24,000 nucleotides of DNA, taken from assembly GCA_913063165.1 (NCBI GenBank), contig CAJXZL010000011.1:1-24000 (forward strand), in the 5' to 3' direction. Shown in pieces: positions 5,693-14,137 of this stretch (positions are counted from its first letter, which is position 1; the number at the start of each line of letters is the position of its first letter). This DNA is from an uncultured Saccharospirillaceae bacterium (GTDB lineage: Bacteria > Pseudomonadota > Gammaproteobacteria > Pseudomonadales > Natronospirillaceae). The position numbers and the translations under genes were made by a program. A model generated the notes under the pieces. The model was not told the DNA's origin. It searched no databases and saw only the letters and a list, made by a program, of their open reading frames with translations.

Positions 5693-7042
5693 TTGATCGA
5701 TTCACTATTGAATATTTTCCGTGGCCGCTCAAAAACTGAAGCGCCACAAGCAAAGTTAGTCACCATACCCCGAGATGCTCATTCGATTTCGCGCAAGCAA
5801 ATTAACCCGAATGCTATCAAGGTACTGTATCGACTAAAAAACTCTGGCTACCAAGGCTTATTGGTTGGCGGCTGTGTCCGTGACCTCATGCTAGGTATAG
5901 AACCCAAGGACTTTGACGTGGCAACCAATGCTACGCCTGAACAGGTCCGTCAGTTATTCAGCAATTCTCGCCTGATTGGCCGTCGCTTTAAATTGGTTCA
6001 TGTGAATTTTGGACGTGACACCATTGAAGTAGCTACGTTTCGAGCGGCCCATGACCCAGATACGTCACACCACACCATAGCCAAGGCCAACGACCATGGC
6101 ATGCTGGTACGTGACAATGTGTATGGCACATTAGATGATGACGCTGCACGACGTGACTTTACGGTCAACGCCATTTATTACGACATTGCTGATTTCTCAA
6201 TCAAGGCCTTGCCACAAGGATTGAAAGACATCGATGATCGTGTATTGCGCATCATGGGCGACCCTGAACAACGATACCGTGAAGACCCGGTTCGCATGAT
6301 CCGTGCCGCACGGTTCGCTGCCAAACTGCATTTCACTATCGATGAGAAAACCAGCGCACCGTTTCAATCTTTGGCCTCATTGCTAACCAATGTGTCGTCA
6401 GCCCGCATGTTTGATGAAACCCTCAAGCTGTTGCTCGGGGGCTACGCCCATGAAACTTTTGAAACGCTGGACCGTCTGCATTTGCTCAAGCCGTTATTGC
6501 CGGCCACTGCGCGCGCGATTCAGTCGGAACACCCCTTTAACCGCCAGTTTATATTGCAGGCGTTAAACAATACCGATGACCGGATCCGTGCGGGCAAGTC
6601 AATTACCCCCGCCTTCTTGTTTGCGGCTTTGTTGTGGCCCGATTTTCTTGAGAAGCGCACCGCTTTGATCAATCAGGGTATGCCGGAAGCACCTGCCACC
6701 CAAAAGGCTGCACAGATCGCGATCATGGATCAGGTGAAGTACACCGCAATCCCTAAGCGTTTCACACTGCCCATTAAAGAAATTTGGGATCTGCAGTGGC
6801 GCCTGACCAAGCGCACACCACAAAAGGCGTTGGCCTTGCTTGAGCAAAGTCGATTCAGAGCTGGCTATGACTTTATGTTGTTGCGTGAACAGGCTGGCGA
6901 GCCGTTAGATGGCCTTGGCGATTGGTGGACCAAATTTCAGGCGGTTGACGAAGAAGGCCGCACCAAGATGCTCAATATCAAGTCGAACAAGCCGAAGCGG
7001 TCCCGTGCACCCAAAAAGCGCCCCGCTGCCAGCAGTGACTGA
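5693..7042 (+). CDS. pcnB: Poly(A) polymerase I; the start codon is uncertain and is not ATG
   Basis: There is strong colinear similarity to recalled E. coli PcnB (VTIPRD.HSISRK, LVGGCVRDLMLG..PKDFDVATNATPEQVRQLF, RRDFTVNAIYYD, YREDPVRMIRAARFAAKL, and a basic C-tail). No in-frame ATG exists between the stop at 5582-5584 and the conserved region. TTG 5693, 11 nt after AGGGA, is the best candidate, and ATT 5714 is an alternative. Confidence 0.88.
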   Translation: MIDSLLNIFRGRSKTEAPQAKLVTIPRDAHSISRKQINPNAIKVLYRLKNSGYQGLLVGGCVRDLMLGIEPKDFDVATNATPEQVRQLFSNSRLIGRRFKLVHVNFGRDTIEVATFRAAHDPDTSHHTIAKANDHGMLVRDNVYGTLDDDAARRDFTVNAIYYDIADFSIKALPQGLKDIDDRVLRIMGDPEQRYREDPVRMIRAARFAAKLHFTIDEKTSAPFQSLASLLTNVSSARMFDETLKLLLGGYAHETFETLDRLHLLKPLLPATARAIQSEHPFNRQFILQALNNTDDRIRAGKSITPAFLFAALLWPDFLEKRTALINQGMPEAPATQKAAQIAIMDQVKYTAIPKRFTLPIKEIWDLQWRLTKRTPQKALALLEQSRFRAGYDFMLLREQAGEPLDGLGDWWTKFQAVDEEGRTKMLNIKSNKPKRSRAPKKRPAASSD

Positions 7043-7535
7043 TGACCGCATCTACATCGGATTGGGGAGTAATCTCGACGATCCGATGCTTCAAATTCAG
7101 ACGGCCGTAACGGCACTGCAAGCGCTGCCACATACGCACGTCACCGCCTGCTCAAGCTTGTGGGTGTCAAAACCCATGGGCCCAAGTGATCAACCCGATT
7201 ATGTGAATGCGGTGGTAGCCTTATCATCGGCACTGGCCCCCTTAGCCCTGCTCGCGGCTTGCCAAGCAATTGAACAGGCACAGCGTCGGATCCGCACCCG
7301 CCATTGGGGTCCACGAACCATCGACCTTGATGTGCTATTATTTGGTGGCGAACAGATTCATCTGCCTACTTTGATTGTGCCCCACCCTGGCATTACTGAA
7401 CGCGGCTTTGTGCTGGCGCCACTGCATCAAATTGCACCCGATATCTGCATTGCAGGCAAGTCGATTAATCACTGGCTAGAAAAGTGCGACCGCAATGGAC
7501 TTCAGGCACTAGACCAGCCGATCTTGGCATTGTAA
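7035..7535 (+). CDS. folK: 2-amino-4-hydroxy-6-hydroxymethyldihydropteridine pyrophosphokinase (HPPK)
   Basis: Motifs IYIGLGSNL, QPDYVNAVV, RHWGPRTIDLDVLLFG and VPHPGITERGFVLAPL are present. A GTG start at 7035 gives 166 aa and overlaps the pcnB stop by 8 nt. The pcnB-folK synteny matches E. coli. The ORF-track extension back to 6909 lies inside pcnB and was rejected. Confidence 0.9.
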   Translation: MTDDRIYIGLGSNLDDPMLQIQTAVTALQALPHTHVTACSSLWVSKPMGPSDQPDYVNAVVALSSALAPLALLAACQAIEQAQRRIRTRHWGPRTIDLDVLLFGGEQIHLPTLIVPHPGITERGFVLAPLHQIAPDICIAGKSINHWLEKCDRNGLQALDQPILAL

Positions 7536-7594
7536 ACCATGTAGGCCGCCAATTGCGTAGCGTCAGCCTGAGTCCAGTTTTCTGGTACACTTGG

Positions 7595-7626
7595 TTGACA
7601 CAGGATACGGCTGGCGACACTATTAC
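7595..7626 (+). promoter_or_regulatory. Possible sigma70 promoter for panBC (TTGACA plus a weak -10)
   Basis: A perfect -35 TTGACA lies at 7595-7600. Candidate -10 hexamers are CACTAT (17-nt spacer) or TATTAC (20-nt spacer), and both are weak. It sits in the 117-bp folK-panB gap. Confidence 0.25.
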
Positions 7627-7652
7627 GACACTTAATGGTTCAGGCACTTTCA

Positions 7653-8450
7653 ATGAAAAAACAAACGCTTTCTACGATCAATCAGTTGGTGGCCAAGGGT
7701 GAGAAATTCACCTGTTTGACTGCCTATGATTATACCTTCAGCAAGCTGTTTAATAGCTGCGGTGTTGAAACCTTGTTGGTGGGTGACTCCCTAGGTATGA
7801 CAGTACAGGGCCACAACAGCACCATCCCAGTGACTGTCGCTGATATCGCTTATCACACCCGCGCAGTGGCGCAGGGTAATAGCACGGCGTTGATTATTGC
7901 CGACATGCCGTTCATGTCTTTTCAAACGGTGGAAGAGGCGCTAAAAAATGCCGGCACCCTGATGCAAGCAGGTGCGGAGATGGTCAAGTTGGAAGGCGGC
8001 GCATGGCTCGCTGACACCGTGACCGCTTTGGGGCGCAACGGCGTACCTTGCTGCATCCACATGGGATTGACACCGCAATCGGTGAATAAGTTTGGCGGCT
8101 ATAAGGTTCAAGGCCGGACATTGGATGCAGCTGAGGCTTTGGTTGCCGATGCCATCGCATTGGAAAAAGCCGGTGCTGACTTTTTGTTATTGGAATGTGT
8201 GCCCGTTGCCGTGGCCAAAAAAGTGACCGAGGCTGTTTCTGTTCCCGTCATTGGCATCGGCGCCGGCCCAGACACCGACGGACAGGTATTGGTATGTTAC
8301 GACATGCTCGGCCTGAATCTCGATCACAACCCGCGCTTTGTGAAAAACTTTATGATCGACGCACCCGACATGGCTACCGCCGTACAAAATTATGTCGCTG
8401 AAGTGAAGTCAGGTGCCTTTCCCACTGAAGCGCACGGTTATTTGTCATGA
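7653..8450 (+). CDS. panB: 3-methyl-2-oxobutanoate hydroxymethyltransferase
   Basis: [27 protein letters not shown]...[28 protein letters not shown]...[18 protein letters not shown] is colinear with recalled E. coli PanB. The ATG at 7653 gives 265 aa, and the ATG at 7635 is possible but less consistent. Confidence 0.93.
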   Translation: MKKQTLSTINQLVAKGEKFTCLTAYDYTFSKLFNSCGVETLLVGDSLGMTVQGHNSTIPVTVADIAYHTRAVAQGNSTALIIADMPFMSFQTVEEALKNAGTLMQAGAEMVKLEGGAWLADTVTALGRNGVPCCIHMGLTPQSVNKFGGYKVQGRTLDAAEALVADAIALEKAGADFLLLECVPVAVAKKVTEAVSVPVIGIGAGPDTDGQVLVCYDMLGLNLDHNPRFVKNFMIDAPDMATAVQNYVAEVKSGAFPTEAHGYLS

Positions 8451-9295
8451 TTGAAATTCACGATATCGCAGCGTTAAAAGCGTGGAGCGCCGAGCGCCAT
8501 AAGGCGAACAAGACCATCGCTTTTGTTCCAACCATGGGCAATCTGCACAGTGGCCACATGTCTCTGATTGACCATGCCCAAACCTTGGCTGACGAGGTGG
8601 TGTGTTCAATTTTTGTGAATCCCACCCAATTTGGTGAGAACGAAGACTTAGACGCCTATCCAAAAACGCTCAGCGACGATATCGACAAATTAAAGGCGCA
8701 TGGCTGCCATGTGCTTTTTATTCCCAGTGCTCATGATATGTACCCACAGCCTGACCTTACCCGCGTAACGGTGCACCACATGTCGACCTTGCATTGTGGG
8801 GCTACAAGGCCCGGCCATTTTAACGGCGTGACCACAGTGGTATTGAAGTTGGTAAACGCATTACAGCCCCATTTTGCCATCTTTGGATTGAAAGATTTCC
8901 AGCAGTACACCATTTTGAAAACCATGCTCAGCGACTTGTTCGTACCCACGCAGATTGTCGGCGTTGAAACTGGACGCGCTGAAGATGGCTTGGCGCATAG
9001 CTCACGTAATGGCTACCTAACCGCCCTTGAACGCGAGACTGCCCCTTGCTTGTATGCAACCCTATGCACAGCCCGCCAACACCTAGAGGCTGGTATCAAA
9101 CCGGTGTATGAGATTGTGAGAGAAGCCAAAGAATTTTTAATGGAAAACGGTCTGACTCCCGACTACTTTTCTATATGCCGCCAAATAGACTTAGAACCTG
9201 CAACAGAACAAGACACCGAACTGGTGATTTTAGCTGCAGCCTATCTGGGTCGTGCACGTTTGATCGACAATCTGCACTTTCATCTCAATCGGTAA
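8447..9295 (+). CDS. panC: Pantoate--beta-alanine ligase
   Basis: Motifs [47 protein letters not shown] and [10 protein letters not shown] are present. The ATGA start/stop overlaps panB. Confidence 0.94.
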   Translation: MIEIHDIAALKAWSAERHKANKTIAFVPTMGNLHSGHMSLIDHAQTLADEVVCSIFVNPTQFGENEDLDAYPKTLSDDIDKLKAHGCHVLFIPSAHDMYPQPDLTRVTVHHMSTLHCGATRPGHFNGVTTVVLKLVNALQPHFAIFGLKDFQQYTILKTMLSDLFVPTQIVGVETGRAEDGLAHSSRNGYLTALERETAPCLYATLCTARQHLEAGIKPVYEIVREAKEFLMENGLTPDYFSICRQIDLEPATEQDTELVILAAAYLGRARLIDNLHFHLNR

Positions 9296-9351
9296 GCACA
9301 CTAGATTCAAACACAGTCATCGACAACACCGTATATACAAAGGATAGATAC

Positions 9352-10986
9352 ATGGCAACGACGACGGACCAAACCGCTACCCAACGCAAGTTGGCACTGA
9401 AGGCATCTGAACTAGACACTCTTGTATCCCTGTTTGCAGCGGATCCCCAACGGGCTGTGCGCTATCAGGTAAAAGCAGCCGGTATCCTACTGGATTATTC
9501 AAAAAACCGTATCGATGATGATGTGCTGTCCCATTTGATGGCATTGGCTGAACAGCAAGCCCTCCCGGAGTCCATCGCTGCGATGTTCGCTGGCGACGTG
9601 CTGAACAATACCGAGAAACGGCCCGTACTTCACACCGCACTGAGACAGCCACGTGGCGCTTCAGTAAAGGTGAATGGGCAGGACGTCATGCCAGAAGTCC
9701 ACGCTACCTTGGATAAGATGGCGCAGTTCTGCGACCAAGTGCATTCAGGGGCTTTTTGCGGCCACACAGGTAAGCCACTGCGTACCATCGTTAACATCGG
9801 TATTGGTGGTTCCTTCTTGGGACCCAAGCTGGTCTCAGATGCATTGATGCCCTATTGGCAATCAGGCTATGACCTGCGCTATATGGCCAATATCGACGGC
9901 ACCGACTTCGCGGAAACCGTGAAGGGGCTCGACCCAGAAACGACATTGTTTGTGATCTGCTCAAAGTCATTTAATACCCTTGAAACCCTCAAGAACGCCG
10001 AGGCAGCACGACAGTGGTTCTATGAGCAAGGCGGTACACCTGAGCAGGTGCAACAGCATTTCGTCGCAGTGACCACCAATATTGCAGCAGCCACCCAATT
10101 TGGTATTTCTGCCGATAACCTATTCCCCATGTGGGATTGGGTCGGTGGGCGGTACAGCCTTTGGTCGGCCGTTGGCCTGCCGCAAGCGCTCGTCATGGGC
10201 TTTGAGCATTTCTCGGCGTTGCTTTCTGGCGCCCACGAAATGGACGAACATTTTAGAACCGCGCCACTGGATGAAAACATCCCCGTGCTTTTGGGCTTGT
10301 TAGGTGTCTGGTACCAAAACTATATGCAAGCAGATTCCCATGCGGTGCTGGTCTATGACACCTATTTGAAAGAATTGCCCAACCACCTCCAGCAACTGGA
10401 CATGGAATCCAATGGCAAACGCGTGACGAAGGCAGGCGTTCCCGTGACGGAACAGACTGGCGCCGTGATCTGGGGTGGCACAGGTACCAACGGACAACAC
10501 GCCTACCACCAATTATTACATCAGGGCACCCGCTTGATCCCCTGTGATTTTATTATGCCACTCAAGAGCCACCATCAGGTGTCAGACCATCATGACTGGT
10601 TGTTTGCCAATTATTTGGCGCAGCAGCAGGCGTTAGCCTTTGGTAAAACCGAAGCAGCCATCATCCAAGAGCTGACCGAAAAAGGCATGACGACAGAAGC
10701 CGCACAATCCTTGGCACCCCATAAGGTGATGCCCGGCAACAAACCCTGCAACAGCATATTATTTGATCAGGGCACGCCGGCACGTATTGGCGCATTGATT
10801 GCCATGTACGAGCACAAAGTAGCAGTGCAGGGTGTCATGTGGGGCATTAACAGTTTTGACCAGTGGGGCGTAGAGTTGGGTAAGGTGCTTGGAGAAGCCG
10901 TTTTTGACGCACTGAATACCGGCGACGTATCCGCTTTTGACAGTTCTTCAGTACAATTAATTTCTTTATTTCGTGAATCAAAATGA
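9352..10986 (+). CDS. pgi: Glucose-6-phosphate isomerase
   Basis: Motifs LLDYSKNRI, NIGIGGSFLGP, FWDWVGGRYSLWSAVGL, ESNGK, GTNGQHAYHQLLHQGT and FDQWGVELGK are present. The ATG at 9352 is preceded by AAGGA and gives 544 aa. The upstream extension to 9175 overlaps panC and was rejected. Confidence 0.94.
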   Translation: MATTTDQTATQRKLALKASELDTLVSLFAADPQRAVRYQVKAAGILLDYSKNRIDDDVLSHLMALAEQQALPESIAAMFAGDVLNNTEKRPVLHTALRQPRGASVKVNGQDVMPEVHATLDKMAQFCDQVHSGAFCGHTGKPLRTIVNIGIGGSFLGPKLVSDALMPYWQSGYDLRYMANIDGTDFAETVKGLDPETTLFVICSKSFNTLETLKNAEAARQWFYEQGGTPEQVQQHFVAVTTNIAAATQFGISADNLFPMWDWVGGRYSLWSAVGLPQALVMGFEHFSALLSGAHEMDEHFRTAPLDENIPVLLGLLGVWYQNYMQADSHAVLVYDTYLKELPNHLQQLDMESNGKRVTKAGVPVTEQTGAVIWGGTGTNGQHAYHQLLHQGTRLIPCDFIMPLKSHHQVSDHHDWLFANYLAQQQALAFGKTEAAIIQELTEKGMTTEAAQSLAPHKVMPGNKPCNSILFDQGTPARIGALIAMYEHKVAVQGVMWGINSFDQWGVELGKVLGEAVFDALNTGDVSAFDSSSVQLISLFRESK

Positions 10987-11903
10987 CCAAAAAGAAACCA
11001 ACAGTCTCTTTGATATTAGGTGGCGGTTCAGCACGTGGACTGGCCCATATTGGTGTTATTGAGGTGCTACTTGAACGCGGGTTTGAGATTAAATCAATTT
11101 CAGGCTGTTCAATTGGCGCACTGGTAGGCGGCATCTATGCAACAGGGAAGCTGCCCCAATACCGGCATTGGCTTAAAGGCCTAGACAAAACCGCTGTATT
11201 TCGTCTGTTAGATTTTTCGTTTCAGCGTTCGGGTCTGTTTAAAGGTGACCGTATTATCGAGGCGTTATTGGCTTTGGTAGGCGAACACAATATTGAAGAC
11301 TTACCGATTAAATACACTGCCGTTGCGACCGATATCGACCGTGAAAAGGAGATATGGTTTGTTGATGGCTCATTGTTCCAAGCGATAAGGGCATCCATCG
11401 CCATACCCAGTGTCTTTACACCCCACCACTATCGCGGTATGCAATTGCTCGACGGCGGATTGTTGGACCCCCTTCCCATCGCGCCAAGCGCCGGCGACAA
11501 CACCGACATCACCATTGCTGTGAACCTCAACGCGAAAGTGCGTAGTGCCCATGAAAAAGCCATTGATGAAACGGTAGAGGTGAGTGACGAAGATGCACTG
11601 GATCCCAAATGGCACAGACGCGTCGCTACCTACCTTGATCGGTTCATACCTGAAAAGATTCCCAGTGCGCTATTGCCAGCTGAACGCCTCAGTCTTTTAG
11701 AGTTGATGAGTCAGAGTATCGAAATGATGCAAAACACCATTGCGCATTCAAAGATGGCGTCCAACCGTCCAGATATTCTGATCGAAATACCGCGAGACTT
11801 GGCTGGGGTATTTGAATTTCATCGATCTGAAATGTTAATTGCCTATGGCCGCGCCCGAGCGGTAGCGGCACTTGATCATTATGAGCGGTCTAAACACCAC
11901 TGA
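10983..11903 (+). CDS. Patatin-like phospholipase, RssA/YchK family
   Basis: It carries the oxyanion motif LGGGSARGLAHIGV, the nucleophile elbow GCSIGALVGG (GxSxG) and the catalytic Asp motif LLDGGLLDPLP. It is colinear with recalled E. coli RssA, including RPDILIEIP near the C-terminus. The ATGA overlaps the pgi stop. Confidence 0.85.
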   Translation: MTKKKPTVSLILGGGSARGLAHIGVIEVLLERGFEIKSISGCSIGALVGGIYATGKLPQYRHWLKGLDKTAVFRLLDFSFQRSGLFKGDRIIEALLALVGEHNIEDLPIKYTAVATDIDREKEIWFVDGSLFQAIRASIAIPSVFTPHHYRGMQLLDGGLLDPLPIAPSAGDNTDITIAVNLNAKVRSAHEKAIDETVEVSDEDALDPKWHRRVATYLDRFIPEKIPSALLPAERLSLLELMSQSIEMMQNTIAHSKMASNRPDILIEIPRDLAGVFEFHRSEMLIAYGRARAVAALDHYERSKHH

Positions 11904-11914
11904 TACAAGGCTAC

Positions 11915-11940
11915 GACGATAGTCCGTTTTGGCTATCGTC
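11915..11940. terminator. Hairpin between convergent genes (GACGATAG-N10-CTATCGTC)
   Basis: An 8-bp stem has a T-rich loop (tccgttttgg). The right arm overlaps the stop of the minus-strand permease gene. There is no clear U-tract, so its function is uncertain. Confidence 0.25.
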
Positions 11941-12943
11941 CGTCGGCATCCCAACTAAACAGTGCAGCGCCAGCACCAATAAATAGCACGGTCATTACCA
12001 TCAGCGTAACCACATGGTCTGATTGCGAGGCCAACGTTTCACCCTCTACTGCAATGGCGCGACTGGCTGCCACAATATGGGTTAGTGGCAACAGTTGCGA
12101 CACCTGCTGTAACCACTGCGGTGCACCCTCGAGCGAAAACCACACACCCGACAAGCCCATCATGGGCCACGAAGCAAAATTGAGCAGCCCGCCAGTGAGT
12201 TCTTCGCTACGGGTACGTGAGGCAATCACCAAACCCAGTGAAATCATGGTAAAGATACCAATGGCCAATACAGCAAAGAATGACCAATAACTGCCCAGCA
12301 TTAGGGTATCCAGTGCCCAATGGCAGCCGAAGAAGATGACGGCGCATACAAACATCAGAATGAGCCAACGCGACAGCATTTGGGCGGACAAGTATTCAAC
12401 CGCGCCTAATGGCGTCGCCTTAAACCGTTTGAGCACGCCAATTTTGCGGTAACGAACAATCACATATCCGACACCAAACAGACTGCTAAACATAATGTTC
12501 ATGCCAATGACACCGGGCAGTACCCAATCGACATATCGCACTTGCCGACCATCAATCACGGTGCGCTGAAAGCCTGGATCATCTGCCAGTAACAGCTTTT
12601 CCACCATATAACCTTTGGGTGAGCTTCGGTTTACCCAGTAGGTTTTCCGGTCGAGCTGTACCAATAAATCAATTTGGTGTTGGCGCAGCTTTTTGACCGC
12701 GACATCCTGCTCTAAATAGGGCACCCATTGGATGTGTTTGACATCAAATAACAGGGGCTTGGAGATATAGGCATCCTGCTCACCCATAACCCCTACCTTG
12801 AACATGGGCTGGCCATTTCCAAACACAAAGGCAAAGCCAAACACCAGCAAAAATGGGAAGAAGAAGTTCCACCCAAATGAGCTACGGTCTCGAAAGAACT
12901 CTCGATTACGGGCATGAAATACGGCCCAAAAACGTTTAAACAT
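11933..12943 (-). CDS. ABC-2 type transporter permease
   Basis: The 336-aa product starts MFKRFWAVFHARNREFFRDRSSFGWNFFFPFLLVFGF. A large loop follows TM1, and then five or more hydrophobic segments. It sits immediately downstream of an ABC ATPase on the same strand. The ATG at 12943 was preferred over 12973. Confidence 0.8.
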   Translation of the reverse strand: MFKRFWAVFHARNREFFRDRSSFGWNFFFPFLLVFGFAFVFGNGQPMFKVGVMGEQDAYISKPLLFDVKHIQWVPYLEQDVAVKKLRQHQIDLLVQLDRKTYWVNRSSPKGYMVEKLLLADDPGFQRTVIDGRQVRYVDWVLPGVIGMNIMFSSLFGVGYVIVRYRKIGVLKRFKATPLGAVEYLSAQMLSRWLILMFVCAVIFFGCHWALDTLMLGSYWSFFAVLAIGIFTMISLGLVIASRTRSEELTGGLLNFASWPMMGLSGVWFSLEGAPQWLQQVSQLLPLTHIVAASRAIAVEGETLASQSDHVVTLMVMTVLFIGAGAALFSWDADGR

Positions 12944-12973
12944 GATGCATTTCCATTGGATGCGCCCACACAA

Positions 12974-13852
12974 TCAACTGCGCAGGGCATGGCCGGTTAA
13001 AGTAATAAATAAGTCTTCCAGATTGGGTGATTTCACCTGCAATCCATCTAAGTCGATATTGCGTGCAATTAACGCGTTGACCGTTTGATTGACCTGATTG
13101 GTTAAAATCTCGGCATAACCGTTGGCACGGGTAATGGCATATTCGAAACTAAAATCTGCTGGAACGGCACTCTCAGGTAACACAACTTTCACCCCATCAA
13201 AATGGGCGTCTAACAAACCCTGTGGACTGCCCTGTGCAATAATCTCGCCGGCATCCATCACCACGATGTCGTCACATAGGGTTTGTGCTTCGTCCATATA
13301 ATGCGTGGTTAAAATAATGGTCGTGCCCTGCTTTTTGATCAGGTCAATCAGGGTCCAGAAATTGCGTCGCGCCTGAGGATCTAATCCCGTAGTAGGCTCA
13401 TCCAAAAATAGAATTTTTGGGTTGTTGACCAAAGCCAAAGCCAACAACAACCGCTGCCGTTGGCCACCCGACAATTTGCGCGCGTCTTGATCTGCAAAGT
13501 CATCAAGGCTGCACAGGGTCATCAACTCAGGTAAGGGTTTGGTCTCTTTATAAAAAGACCCAAACAGCATCAACGTCTCTTTGACACTCAAGTAATCGGG
13601 CAAAGCGGTGTTTTGAAATTGGATTCCGACATTTTGGTAGTCCGATACGGTGGCTGGCTTACCAAAATACCGAATCTCTCCTGAGGTGGGCTTTGAGATG
13701 CCTTCCATCATTTCGATGGTGGTGGTCTTACCGGCGCCATTGGGGCCCAACAAACCAAAACAAATGCCCTCATCCACGGAAAAGGAAATACCCTTCACAG
13801 CGGCATGGCGCTTAAATGTTTTCACCAAATTGGCAACGGCCAATACTTCCAT
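12974..13852 (-). CDS. ABC transporter ATP-binding protein (ABC-2 / DrrA-like exporter type)
   Basis: Walker A GPNGAGKTT, Q-loop, signature LSGGQRQRL, Walker B ILFLDEPTTGLD and H-loop TTHYMDE are all present. Confidence 0.9.
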   Translation of the reverse strand: MEVLAVANLVKTFKRHAAVKGISFSVDEGICFGLLGPNGAGKTTTIEMMEGISKPTSGEIRYFGKPATVSDYQNVGIQFQNTALPDYLSVKETLMLFGSFYKETKPLPELMTLCSLDDFADQDARKLSGGQRQRLLLALALVNNPKILFLDEPTTGLDPQARRNFWTLIDLIKKQGTTIILTTHYMDEAQTLCDDIVVMDAGEIIAQGSPQGLLDAHFDGVKVVLPESAVPADFSFEYAITRANGYAEILTNQVNQTVNALIARNIDLDGLQVKSPNLEDLFITLTGHALRS

Positions 13853-13869
13853 GCTTACATCACTCTGTC

Positions 13870-13875
13870 ATTATA
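13870..13875 (-). promoter_or_regulatory. Perfect -10 hexamer TATAAT (minus strand) upstream of the ABC exporter operon
   Basis: The minus strand reads ...caccctataatgacagagtgatgtaagcATG. The hexamer lies 18 nt before the ATG at 13852. No good -35 was found. Confidence 0.3.
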
Positions 13876-14062
13876 GGGTGTTAACTGAGGCAACTTACTG
13901 CCAAGCCCCTATTGGGGCGCTTTGGTCGACATTGTACCGAGATTTCGGTTTTTTCGCGCCAACCGACGCAAATTATTTGGCTAGCAGGGAGGAAACCTGC
14001 GAATGCGCGCTATTTGGGTCTAATTTTTGATTTATTTCTGTTCTCTACAGGCTACACACAAG

Positions 14063-14071
14063 TTATCCACA
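14063..14071 (+). promoter_or_regulatory. Perfect consensus DnaA box TTATCCACA
   Basis: This is an exact 9/9 match, 67 bp upstream of the ATG of the DnaT-domain gene. It is directly preceded by a ~30-bp AT-rich stretch (taatttttgatttatttctgttctctacag). Only one box was found. Confidence 0.5.
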
Positions 14072-14137
14072 GCTAGTGCTAATGCCAAGGATGATCCTAA
14101 GGAGTACACTACCGAACAGAAAGGAGCTTCTAACCCC

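Noticed and set aside
5452-5766. 104-aa minus-strand ORF
   Set aside because: It overlaps the pcnB 5' coding region and reads straight through the GCCGGCAATTGCCGGC hairpin. Only its last 26 codons (5452-5532) form a conceivable small ORF. That ORF is mentioned as an alternative in the findings but cannot be supported as a feature.
9175-9351. N-terminal extensions offered by the ORF track: pgi from 9175, folK from 6909, LysR from 15638, the DnaT-domain gene from 14027, the P-like gene from 14760, atpC from 2706, the permease from 12973 and panB from 7635
   Set aside because: The extensions overlap upstream genes or non-coding hairpins. They add residues absent from recalled homologs and lack an RBS. 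The internal starts have Shine-Dalgarno sequences and give canonical protein lengths.
13889-13905. Sigma54-like TGGCAG-TAAG-TTGCC on the minus strand upstream of the ABC exporter
   Set aside because: The GG-to-GC spacing is one base too short relative to the TGGCAC-N5-TTGC consensus, and spacing is critical for sigma54 promoters.
14003-14023. Six-codon mini-ORF MRAIWV with a strong GGGAGG 10 nt upstream, lying upstream of the DnaT-domain gene
   Set aside because: The Shine-Dalgarno plus ATG combination is striking, but a 6-codon ORF is expected by chance. No attenuator-like alternative structures are evident downstream. It cannot be supported without ribosome profiling or evidence of conservation.
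13650-14030. 126-aa plus-strand ORF spanning the start of the ABC ATPase gene and the intergenic region
   Set aside because: It is antisense to the well-supported ATPase N-terminus (Walker A region) and continues through non-coding hairpins. It has no motif and no RBS.
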